NCBI GenBank assembly: GCA_964533725.1
Contig: CAZHMX010000001.1
Span: forward strand, 1 to 63,336
Source: an uncultured Alistipes sp.
GTDB taxonomy: Bacteria > Bacteroidota > Bacteroidia > Bacteroidales > Rikenellaceae
Direction of reading: 5' to 3'
DNA length: 63,336 nucleotides
Each line of letters begins with the position of its first letter. Position 1 is the first letter of the stretch. Position numbers and translations under genes: made by a program. The notes beneath the pieces were generated by a model. The model had not been told where the DNA came from. It saw only the letters and a list, made by a program, of their open reading frames with translations, and did not search any database. This document shows, one piece after another, positions 39,950 to 48,677 of the stretch.

Positions 39950-42940
39950 ATGAAACGATGTATTTTCGCGTTGACCCTGACGTTGTGGCTGCTCGTTCCG
40001 GCGGTGGCTGCGGCAGACGGTCACGACGACGAACAAAGGCGGCGATTTGCCCGTGCCTGCGACCTCTTCGACCGCGGACACTGGACGGACGCGCGCCTGA
40101 TTTTAAGTCGGCTGCGCGATGCGTGGCACTCCGCCGACGCGTTGCCGATTGAGGAGATCGAATATCGTCTGGCCGTATGCGCCGTCGAGTCGGATGCACC
40201 CGAAGCCCCCGAACTGTTGCGCGGTTTTGTCGCCCGTTATCCCGCCTCGTCGCACGGCAATGACATCGAGCTGGCCCTGGCTTCGTGGTGCTGCATCCGC
40301 GAGCGGTGGGAGGAGGCCGAAGCCTCGTTCGCGCGGGTCGATTATGATGCACTCGACGCCGCCGGACGCGAACGTTACGATATGCGGCGCGGCTATATCG
40401 CCTTTATGAACCGGAATTATCCCGCGGCCCGCAACTATTTCGCCAGGATCGACCCGGAGGGGGCGTGCGGCGACCACGCCGTCTATTATCGGGCCTATAT
40501 GGACTACACCGAAGGACAGTACGACGCGGCCGAAACGGGTTTCCGCCGGCTGCTGAAGAGCGCCTCCTACGGTTCGCTGGTCCCCTTCTATCTGTTGCAG
40601 ATCGACTACCGCCGCGGCCGTTACGATCAGGTGATCGAACGGGCTGCGGAGTTGCTCCCGCGTGCGGCGGCCTCGCAGCAGCCCGACCTGCACCGTCTTC
40701 TGGCCGGTGCGCATTTCCATCGCGAGGAGTTCCCGAAGGTGCTCGACGGGCTGAAGAATTACCGCGCGACGGGGGGCGAGGAGGACCGCGAGACCCGCTA
40801 TTTAGAGGGTTACGCCCTCTACCGTCTGGCCCGTTATCCGGAGGCGGCGCCGTTGCTCCGCCAGGTCTGCGGTGCGGACGACGAGCTGACCCAGAATGCC
40901 GCTTATCACCTGGCCGACTGTTATTTGCGTACGGGCGACAAACCCTCGGCCATGCAGGCCTTCGCGATGGCTGCGGGAAACCGGTCCAACCCTTCGCTGG
41001 CCGAAGAGGCCCTCTACAATTACGGTAAACTGCAATACGAACTGGGCGGCGGGCGCTTTAATGAGGCGATCCACATCCTGACGCGCTATCTGAACGACTA
41101 TCCCCGCTCGTCGCGGGCGGTCGAAGTGCGGCGCCTGCTGGCTGCGGCCTATTACAATTCTCGCGATTACGAGGAGGCCTACCGGGCGATGCGCGCACTG
41201 CCCGAACGCGATGCCGAGATGAATGCCGCATTGCAGAAAATCACCTATTTCCGCGGTCTGGATGCCTGGGAGCAGGGCGATCTGACGCGGGCGCAGTCGA
41301 GCCTGAAGGAGTCGGCCGCCATGCGGATCAGCCCGCGTTATGCCTCGCTGGCCAACTTCTGGTTGGGCGAGATCGACTATGCGCAGGAGCGATATGAGGC
41401 CGCCCGCGAACGTTTCGACGACTATCTGCGCCGGGCGCCCCGGACGGAACGCGAATATGCCTTGGCGTGGTACAATCGCGGCTATTGCAGTTTCTCGCAG
41501 GGCCGTTACGACGATGCCGGAGCCGATTTCGACCGCTTTTTGGAACTGTACGCCGCCCGCGACGACTACCGGACCGACGGCCTGAACCGCCGCGCCGACT
41601 GTTTCTATGCGCAGCGGCAGTTCCCGAAGGCCCTTGCGACGTTCGATGCCGCCTTGGCTTCTGGCGGGCGCGGCGCACATTATGCCCGCTACCGCAAAGC
41701 GTTGACTCTGGGCGCCATGGAACGGACCGACGAGAAGATCGCGCTGTTGGAGTCGATCGTGCGTGACGATCGCGGCGACTATGTCTCCGACGCCCTCTAC
41801 GAGCAGGGACATACCTGCCTGACGGCCGAACGCTACGAGGCGGGCGCGCGGGCTCTGGAGGCTTTTGTCGCCCGTTATCCCCGTTCGCCGCGGCTGACGC
41901 AGGCGCTGTTGGACCTGGGACTGGTCCATCTGAATCTGGGGAACGATGCCAAGGCCCTCGACTATTACGGCCGCGTCGTCTCCACGGCTGCGGGAACCAC
42001 CGAGGCGCGTTCGGCACTGAAGGCCGTGCGCGAGATCTATGTTGCGCGCGGCGATGCCTCGGGATACTTCGATTTTGCGAGCCGTGCGGGGGTGGAGCAG
42101 GATATCTCGACCGTGCAGCGCGATTCGCTGACCTTTGCGGCGGCCCGTTCGCTCTACCTCGACGCGCCTTCCGAGGCGGCGGCCCGTTCGCTGCGCAGCT
42201 ATGTGAAGAGCTACGGCGACGGCGCCTATGTTACCGACGCCCTGTACTATCTGTCGCTCTGCCCGCAACCCGACGAACGCGAACGTATTGCGGTGTTGCA
42301 GCAATTGGTGGACCGCGGTGAATCGCCCTACCGGATCGAGGCTCTGGGATCGTTGGCCGCGGCGGCCGAGCAGGAGCGGATGTACGACACCTCGGCTGCA
42401 GCCTGGCAGCAGCTGGCGACGGCGGCTCCGACGGCCCGGCAGCGGCAGCAGGCCTCCGAAGGCTTTGTCCGCATGACCGTGGCGCAGGGTGACGACGGCG
42501 TGTTGCTCGGCGGCTGGGCCGATGCGGTGGCCGCGCTGCCCGATCCGACGGAGCGGGCCTTGCGTGAATCCCGTTTTGCCCGTGCCGGTGCGCTGGAGCG
42601 GGCCGGTCGTCAGGCCGAGGCGCTGGAACTTTACCGCACGTTGAGCGCGGAGGTGCGTTCGGCCGAGGGGGCGGAGTCCAAATATCGTGTGATCGCTGCC
42701 CTGCGCGCCGCGGGGGAGAACGATGCCGCCGAAAAGGCCGTCTTCGAATTTTCGGAGAGCAACTCGCCCCACAACGACTGGCTGGCCCGTGCCTTTATCC
42801 TCCTGGGCGACATCTATCTCGACCGCGGCGACAGTTTCCAGGCGCGAGCCACCTGGCAGAGCGTCGTCGACGGATATACGCCCCGAAATGACGGAATCGT
42901 GGATCAGGCGCGCGGCCGGATCCAACAACTCAATGATTGA
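39950..42940 (+). CDS. Exported tetratricopeptide-repeat protein
   Basis: Signal peptide; many Y/A-patterned TPR helices over 996 aa. Confidence 0.88.
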   Translation: MKRCIFALTLTLWLLVPAVAAADGHDDEQRRRFARACDLFDRGHWTDARLILSRLRDAWHSADALPIEEIEYRLAVCAVESDAPEAPELLRGFVARYPASSHGNDIELALASWCCIRERWEEAEASFARVDYDALDAAGRERYDMRRGYIAFMNRNYPAARNYFARIDPEGACGDHAVYYRAYMDYTEGQYDAAETGFRRLLKSASYGSLVPFYLLQIDYRRGRYDQVIERAAELLPRAAASQQPDLHRLLAGAHFHREEFPKVLDGLKNYRATGGEEDRETRYLEGYALYRLARYPEAAPLLRQVCGADDELTQNAAYHLADCYLRTGDKPSAMQAFAMAAGNRSNPSLAEEALYNYGKLQYELGGGRFNEAIHILTRYLNDYPRSSRAVEVRRLLAAAYYNSRDYEEAYRAMRALPERDAEMNAALQKITYFRGLDAWEQGDLTRAQSSLKESAAMRISPRYASLANFWLGEIDYAQERYEAARERFDDYLRRAPRTEREYALAWYNRGYCSFSQGRYDDAGADFDRFLELYAARDDYRTDGLNRRADCFYAQRQFPKALATFDAALASGGRGAHYARYRKALTLGAMERTDEKIALLESIVRDDRGDYVSDALYEQGHTCLTAERYEAGARALEAFVARYPRSPRLTQALLDLGLVHLNLGNDAKALDYYGRVVSTAAGTTEARSALKAVREIYVARGDASGYFDFASRAGVEQDISTVQRDSLTFAAARSLYLDAPSEAAARSLRSYVKSYGDGAYVTDALYYLSLCPQPDERERIAVLQQLVDRGESPYRIEALGSLAAAAEQERMYDTSAAAWQQLATAAPTARQRQQASEGFVRMTVAQGDDGVLLGGWADAVAALPDPTERALRESRFARAGALERAGRQAEALELYRTLSAEVRSAEGAESKYRVIAALRAAGENDAAEKAVFEFSESNSPHNDWLARAFILLGDIYLDRGDSFQARATWQSVVDGYTPRNDGIVDQARGRIQQLND

Positions 42941-42941
42941 T

Positions 42942-44666
42942 ATGAAACGACTTGCACTGCTTCTTCTCTTGGTGATGCCCGCGCTTGCGGGTGCGCAGAT
43001 CGATACCCGGGTCGAGGTTTCGAAGGCCTATGTGCCCGACGTCGACCCCGCCGCCAAATTAGCTATCGAACCCGATCGTACGGACACCGTCAGGTTGCGT
43101 CCCGACATCGACTATTCGATCACGCCGTCGGCCTATTCGGCTCCTTTTGCCGTGCGGCCCTTTGTGCCGTCGCGCATCTCGTACTGGGAGCTGGACCGCC
43201 CCGATCCTTACTATCTGAAGGCGGGTGTGGGGTTGCCGCTGCGCTCGGTGGTCGACCTCCACGCCTCGACCCAGCACCCCGATGTGGGATATGCCGCGGG
43301 GTGGCTCAACCATGACGGTTTCTACGGCAGGATCCGCAATCTGGCGGACGAAAAGGCGCGGGCGACCCGTACGGACAACCGTTTGGGCGGTGCCGCGGGC
43401 CACTACTTCGGCCGCCATCTGTTGGAGGGGCGTCTGGAGGGCAGTTTGCAGACCGTCAGACGTTACGGCGCCATCGATCCGCTCTTCACCGCGGGCGTGG
43501 GCGATCCCGCGCATTATGCCGACGCGACGGTGGACGTGCGTTTCGGCGACGATTTCAGCGATCTCGGGAAGTTCAACTTCAACATGACGGCCTCGCTGGA
43601 CTATTTCAACGGGCGCAACAAAGGGGTTGCGGGCGGCAAAAACGGACAGTGGGGCGGTGATTTCGGCCTGCGTCTGGGGCGTCGCTTCGGCCATCACGAT
43701 CTGGTTCTGAATGCGGGTTACGGTTTCTGCAAGTTCCTGCCCGACAACGGGTTCGACAAATACCGCATGCGGCGTCTGGACCTCGGGCTGCGTTATGATT
43801 TCCGGGTGCGGTCGATCGATTTCTGCGTGGGTCTGGACTACGTGCACACGGCGACGCTGGACGTCGTGCCCGACGAACGCAACCACTACGTGCTGCCATG
43901 GGCGCAGATCCGTTTCAAGTCCCTCGGCAACGGTCTGGTGCCTTTTATCGAGGTGGACGGCGCCGTCGAGCGCAACGACTACCGTACGTTGGCCCGGGAG
44001 AATCCCTATGTGCTGGCGGGGCTGTTCGGCGTCAAGCCGACCGTGGATTATCGGTTGCGCGGCGGTTTTGCGGGTGCGTTGCGCGAGGGGCGGTTCACCT
44101 ATTCGCTGCGCCTGGAGATCAAGTGGCAGGAGAATGCCCGCTACTGGTATCTGACCGGGGTGCTGCCGACGGACGGAACCTATACGGGCAATCCGCTGTG
44201 GTACAATATGATGACGGCGCGGCGGACCGTCTCGTCGCTCCTCTTCGACCTGCATTGGCACACCCTCTCGGGATTCTATACCGAGGCGCGGGTCCGGGGT
44301 TCGATCCTTGACGACCGCGGACGGGTCGGCGGTGAGCTAATCGGGGGCGGACTGCCGCAGCTGGAGGCTTCGTGCACGGTGGGACTCAAGCGCAGGAAGT
44401 TCGGGGTCTCGGCCCGTGCCGAGGTCGAGAGTGTCCGCAGCTGGTCGGCTTTGCGGCGGAGCATCTCGCCCGACAACCCCTTCACGCTGACCCGCCTGCG
44501 TGTGCCGGTCACCTGCAATCTCTCGTTGCGGGCCGATTGGCACTATTCGCGCCGGCTGACCCTCTTTGCCGAGGGCGACAACCTGGCCGGCGCACGGCTC
44601 TTTCGCTGGGGCGCCTATCCCGAGCCTGGGGTCGGCGTTACGGCGGGCGTGAAGATGACCTTCTGA
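42942..44666 (+). CDS. Outer-membrane beta-barrel protein (TBDT-like, no evident plug)
   Basis: ATG at 42942; signal peptide; alternating beta-strand pattern; C-terminal GVKMTF. Confidence 0.75.
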   Translation: MKRLALLLLLVMPALAGAQIDTRVEVSKAYVPDVDPAAKLAIEPDRTDTVRLRPDIDYSITPSAYSAPFAVRPFVPSRISYWELDRPDPYYLKAGVGLPLRSVVDLHASTQHPDVGYAAGWLNHDGFYGRIRNLADEKARATRTDNRLGGAAGHYFGRHLLEGRLEGSLQTVRRYGAIDPLFTAGVGDPAHYADATVDVRFGDDFSDLGKFNFNMTASLDYFNGRNKGVAGGKNGQWGGDFGLRLGRRFGHHDLVLNAGYGFCKFLPDNGFDKYRMRRLDLGLRYDFRVRSIDFCVGLDYVHTATLDVVPDERNHYVLPWAQIRFKSLGNGLVPFIEVDGAVERNDYRTLARENPYVLAGLFGVKPTVDYRLRGGFAGALREGRFTYSLRLEIKWQENARYWYLTGVLPTDGTYTGNPLWYNMMTARRTVSSLLFDLHWHTLSGFYTEARVRGSILDDRGRVGGELIGGGLPQLEASCTVGLKRRKFGVSARAEVESVRSWSALRRSISPDNPFTLTRLRVPVTCNLSLRADWHYSRRLTLFAEGDNLAGARLFRWGAYPEPGVGVTAGVKMTF

Positions 44667-44756
44667 TCAAGATACGACTGCGCTCGTCGGGGCGGGGTCC
44701 CGATCCCGTCCCTTGCCGCGCGGCAGTCTGTGTAAGAGGCCTGGCCTACGACACCG

Positions 44757-44784
44757 AAAACCGCGGCGGCCGAAGCCACCGCGG
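44757..44784 (-). terminator. Hairpin between convergent genes
   Basis: AAAA-CCGCGGCGGC-CGAA-GCCACCGCGG. Confidence 0.55.
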
Positions 44785-44845
44785 AGGAAAAGCGAACCGA
44801 TCGGGCCGAATAGAGAGGAGCGGCCGCAGAACGGGGATTGAGATA

Positions 44846-45289
44846 TCAGTCGCTGATTTTCATCAAACGATATTCGCGGTCGAATTTTAAGTCGAGGTCG
44901 TTATCGAGTTCCAGTTTGTAACCGCGCATATTGCGTTTGATGGCGACGATTCGGCGGCCCGGGTGGTTTTTGTTGACGAAATCGAGCAGTTTTTGCGGAA
45001 TAATCGCCTCGGGGACAGCCCCGTGCTCACATTCGATCTCCATCCACTCGCCCTGGGCGTCGAATTCGATCTCGGTACCGTTGACAAAATGCACCTCGTA
45101 TTTCTTGGATCCCTTGTCGCTTACGACGGCGTGATCCACTTGAATATCACCGAAGTACTTCTTGATGAAATGTTGCGAGGCTGCGGGCATCTGTGCCACC
45201 TGAATAGGGGTGTCGCCGACAGCGGCTCGTACGGCGGTGAGGCCCGCGAGGGCCAGCACGGCCAGTAGTAGGAATCGTTTCATCGTCAT
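44846..45289 (-). CDS. PepSY-like/BLIP-like periplasmic protein
   Basis: Signal peptide; two repeats of P...FI/V.K..P/F...Y.V/L...N...I/L.FD. Confidence 0.8.
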   Translation of the reverse strand: MTMKRFLLLAVLALAGLTAVRAAVGDTPIQVAQMPAASQHFIKKYFGDIQVDHAVVSDKGSKKYEVHFVNGTEIEFDAQGEWMEIECEHGAVPEAIIPQKLLDFVNKNHPGRRIVAIKRNMRGYKLELDNDLDLKFDREYRLMKISD

Positions 45290-45297
45290 GGCCTCCG

Positions 45298-45597
45298 TTA
45301 TCGGTTGTTGCCCGTCAGTTTGCTTTTGGGGGTGTACTGGTTGTGCCCCTCGGGGTTGTTGACCTGGCCGGTGCGGCCCGACGAGGCGCAGGTGCTGCCG
45401 CTGCGCTGGTTGGTCGTTGCGGTGCCGGTGCCACGGCTGCCCGAATTGTTGGAGATGCGGCCGTTGCTGGCCTCATTTTTGACGCCCGTGCTGCGGCTTG
45501 TGCCCGACGTACGGGTCGAGGCTTGGGCTTTGACCGAGCGGGAGGAACCGCTGCGCAAACCGGTTTTGGTCTCTTTGGTGTCTTTGATCTCTTTCAT
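45298..45597 (-). CDS. Small hydrophilic low-complexity protein
   Basis: 99 aa rich in S/T/G/N/R; AT-rich sequence before the ATG; host-like codons; ends with NNPEGHNQYT. Confidence 0.65.
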   Translation of the reverse strand: MKEIKDTKETKTGLRSGSSRSVKAQASTRTSGTSRSTGVKNEASNGRISNNSGSRGTGTATTNQRSGSTCASSGRTGQVNNPEGHNQYTPKSKLTGNNR

Positions 45598-45853
45598 AAT
45601 CGAAAATATTAAGGTGTTACCATGTTTCGGCGTTTTTCAACGCGTTCGATAGATCAAAAAACAAGATCCGTGCCATATTTGGACCCGCGTGGTGGTCTGG
45701 CGGTTTCCGGCAAGGGTGGGGTCCCGATCCTGCCTCGACGAGCGCAGGGTTATCAAGATGCGTTTCCTGGCCTGTCAAGGAGATTGCTCGATAATTCTGT
45801 CTGGTCGATCCCGGTCCGGTTTCACTTGAGGCGTTGGAAGGAGAATAAAAAAA

Positions 45854-45950
45854 GGGTAAGCTACTTATATCGCACCGCTACAACCGCATACCCTTGCTCA
45901 ATTCCTTGCCTGGGGGATTCTGCAGGAGCTGGTCGTATAAGACTTACCCG
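45854..45950 (-). ncRNA. ffs: Signal recognition particle RNA (4.5S)
   Basis: Terminal stem GGGTAAG/CTTACCC; helix-8 core CAGG-CAA-GGAA-TTG-AGCA; promoter TTTG-N19-TACCTTTG at 45955-45985; followed by a T-tract. Confidence 0.9.
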
Positions 45951-46217
45951 AATGCAAAGGTACTGCTTTTTTTCGTTTTGCCAAACAAAAACGGTAAAAA
46001 AGCCGGGACACCCCATCAAAATAGGGTCCGGATGGCAGGATTCATGACCGCGCGGTTTCGTCGCGGCGGTGTCGCGGTCGTGCCGAACTGTAAAAGCTCC
46101 GAATATTTCGTGAATTTTCATGCGATTTAATGCGTAATAATAACGACGAATCGTCGTTTGCATTTGTTGTTTAGGCTGAAAAAAACAGTATATTTGTGTG
46201 TTAAAACGACCCGAACC

Positions 46218-47666
46218 ATGGCTTACGAAATATTTATCAGCTACCGGCGAAGCAACGAGCAATTGTGGACCAACGGCACGGAGATCGCCCGATCCATAAA
46301 ACAGCAGCTCGAACTGTGCGGGTATCGCGGGCGCATCTTCTTCGATTACAGCGTCGAGGAGATGGACGATTATTTCGAGACCGTCATCCTCTCCAGTCTC
46401 GAGAAATGCAAACTGTTGATCCTGGTGCTGTCGCGCGACTCGATGGGGCGCGTCGTGAACGACGGGGACTGGGTGCGTCGCGAAGTGTTGCGTGCCAAAC
46501 AGTGCGGGTTGAAGATTATCCCCGTCGACCCCGACAAACAGTTCGACGGATTTCCGGCCGGACTGCCCGAGGAACTCTCTTTCCTGCCGCGTATACAACG
46601 CACGGTAATTCATATGGACGAGGGTTTCGAGAATGATATCGACCGACTTATCGAACGCAGAATCAAGGCGGTAGTGCCGCCGTCGGGGACGTCGTATTGG
46701 GGCCGCTACGGGACGACTATCATTAGTGCGATCGTTGCGGTGGGTGTCGTTATGGGCTTTGCGTTGTTTCGGTCCACAGCGGATCCGAGTCTCACGCCGA
46801 CTACAGAATCCGATACCGAGGTGTTAGCCGACGGGAATGTTACTCCGGGATCTTCGAACCAAGAGAAGCCCTCGTCCAAGGTGAACCACCAAGAGGAATT
46901 CGCCGATGCGCAACGGAAGAAAGATGAAGAGGCCAAACGTCAACAGCAACTCGAGGAACAACGGAAGAAGGAAGAGGAAGCCAAGCGCAGTTCGGCCTTG
47001 AATATCGAGATGGTCTATGTCGCTGGCGGAACGTTTATGATGGGCGCATCTTTATATGATCCGGGGGCTTACGGTGATGAGAGACCTGCCCACAGCGTTA
47101 CGTTGTCGGGCTATTATATCGGGAGGTACGAGGTTACGCAGAAGCAGTGGGTGAGGATAATGGGTTCGAACCCGAGCAGATGGAAAGGCGATAACTTACC
47201 TGTGGAGAATGTAAGCTGGGAAGATATTCAGGAATTTCTTCGTAAGCTGAATGCGAGGACGGGAAAGAACTATCGTCTGCCGACGGAGGCGGAATGGGAG
47301 TTTGCGGCGCGCGGTGGCAACAGCAGCTGTGGTTACAAATACAGCGGGAGCGATAATATCGGTAATGTAGCGTGGTACAAAGACAACTCCGGTTCAAAGA
47401 CACATCCGGTAGGCACCCAATCTCCGAATGAGTTAGGGATTTATGATATGGCGGGAAACGTTTATGAGTGGTGCCAGGATTGGTACGATGGTTACAGCAG
47501 TGCGGCGCAGACAAATCCCACGGGTCCGTCCTCGGGTGCTCTCCGCGTGCTCCGCGGTGGTAGTTGTTTCAACTACGCAAAGTACTGCCGTGTTTCGAGC
47601 CGGTACGACTACGCGCCGGGCAGCAGGTTCATCAACTGCGGCTTTCGCCTCGCGACCTCTCTTTAG
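46218..47666 (+). CDS. TIR domain - transmembrane helix - FGE-sulfatase (C-type lectin fold) protein
   Basis: TIR: IFISYRR...WVRRE...IIPV; TM: IISAIVAVGVVMGFALF; FGE: GGTFMMG, YEVTQ, RLPTEAEWEFAARGG, PNELGIYDMAGNVYEW, RGGS...GFR. Confidence 0.9.
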   Translation: MAYEIFISYRRSNEQLWTNGTEIARSIKQQLELCGYRGRIFFDYSVEEMDDYFETVILSSLEKCKLLILVLSRDSMGRVVNDGDWVRREVLRAKQCGLKIIPVDPDKQFDGFPAGLPEELSFLPRIQRTVIHMDEGFENDIDRLIERRIKAVVPPSGTSYWGRYGTTIISAIVAVGVVMGFALFRSTADPSLTPTTESDTEVLADGNVTPGSSNQEKPSSKVNHQEEFADAQRKKDEEAKRQQQLEEQRKKEEEAKRSSALNIEMVYVAGGTFMMGASLYDPGAYGDERPAHSVTLSGYYIGRYEVTQKQWVRIMGSNPSRWKGDNLPVENVSWEDIQEFLRKLNARTGKNYRLPTEAEWEFAARGGNSSCGYKYSGSDNIGNVAWYKDNSGSKTHPVGTQSPNELGIYDMAGNVYEWCQDWYDGYSSAAQTNPTGPSSGALRVLRGGSCFNYAKYCRVSSRYDYAPGSRFINCGFRLATSL

Positions 47667-47865
47667 TTTGTTTGGAGTATATCCAATCCGCAACTTAAGC
47701 TAAAAAGAAGAAATGAGGTCTCGTGACCGCTGTGTACATCAGGCATGCGGCTGTCCCGATGCCGAATAAGCGCGGCTTTCGCAAGAGTCTGTAAATTTCA
47801 TCCTCCGTGATCTGCGGGGCGCTGTTGCCGATGGTGTGCGGGCGGGGCGGCCGGAGCGCAAGGAT

Positions 47866-47895
47866 AAAAAAAGCCCCTTCGGGTGACGAAGGGGC
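47866..47895 (-). terminator. rpsT intrinsic terminator
   Basis: GCCCCTTCG/CGAAGGGGC stem with T7 on the minus strand. Confidence 0.75.
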
Positions 47896-47917
47896 GGGTG
47901 ATGTATCCGCAGGGGGA

Positions 47918-48169
47918 TTACAACGCGTTCACGTGGAGCTGCAGGGCACCTTTGAGGTTGCCGGCCTTGTTCTTGTGGATGATGTTGGTCTTGGCCAACT
48001 TGTCCAGCATCGAGGTTACCTTCGGGAGGAGTGCCTCGGCGGCGGCTTTGTCGGTGGTGTTGCGCAGGGCCTTCACGGCGTTGCGAGCGGTCTTGTGATA
48101 CAGACGGTTGTGCAGACGCTTGGTTGCCGTCTGACGGATACGTTTTTTCGATGACTTATGGTTTGCCAT
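47918..48169 (-). CDS. rpsT: 30S ribosomal protein S20
   Basis: [13 protein letters not shown]...IIHKNKA. Confidence 0.97.
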   Translation of the reverse strand: MANHKSSKKRIRQTATKRLHNRLYHKTARNAVKALRNTTDKAAAEALLPKVTSMLDKLAKTNIIHKNKAGNLKGALQLHVNAL

Positions 48170-48422
48170 AATTTTTGTTTATCTTTTTTAATTTCTCCTT
48201 CTCTTTTTACGCTCACGGCCGTAGCCGGTTTCGGATAGGCTTGCGCCCGCTCCCTCGAGACCTCGCGGTCTCCGCTCTTTTTTCCACCCGTGGGTTCAGG
48301 TTCCGAAAAACTGCCAAAAACACCTCTGTCGACTCGTGCGGCCTGTCCCAGCTTTTTACACCGGAGGCCCTTTTGCCCGTGCGGGTTGTTTTTGCAGCTC
48401 TTCACTACCCCCCCCCTCGTTG

Positions 48423-48494
48423 TAGCCCATAGCAGAATCGAACTGCTCTTTCAAGAATGAAAATCTTGCGTCCTAACCGATAGACGAATGGGCC
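48423..48494 (-). tRNA. tRNA-Glu(TTC)
   Basis: GGCCCATTCGTCTATCGGTTAGGACGCAAGATTTTCATTCTTG...GTTCGATTC...ATGGGCTA cloverleaf. Confidence 0.95.
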
Positions 48495-48610
48495 TTACCG
48501 CTATCGCTTCACGTGGAGAGTTTCGCTTTAGCGGGGGCAAAGGTAAGATAAAAATGTTATTTGTGCAAACGAAAATGGAAAAAAGTGCGTCCGGGATGGA
48601 CGAAATGTGT

Positions 48611-48662
48611 AAAAATCGGATCGACAGCGAGCCATGCGCCCGGGTGTCGATCCGATTTTTTT
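48611..48662. terminator. Inverted repeat downstream of the peptidase operon
   Basis: AAAAATCGGATCGACA...TGTCGATCCGATTTTT. Confidence 0.6.
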
Positions 48663-48677
48663 GTGCCGGCCGGGCTG

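Noticed and set aside
45600-47900. Local DGR template repeat or reverse transcriptase
   Set aside because: No AAC-rich copy of the VR-like segment and no RT ORF in the flanks
48423-48494. tRNA-Glu as an integration site for the TIR gene
   Set aside because: rpsT lies between them, and I saw no duplicated tRNA 3' end or integrase
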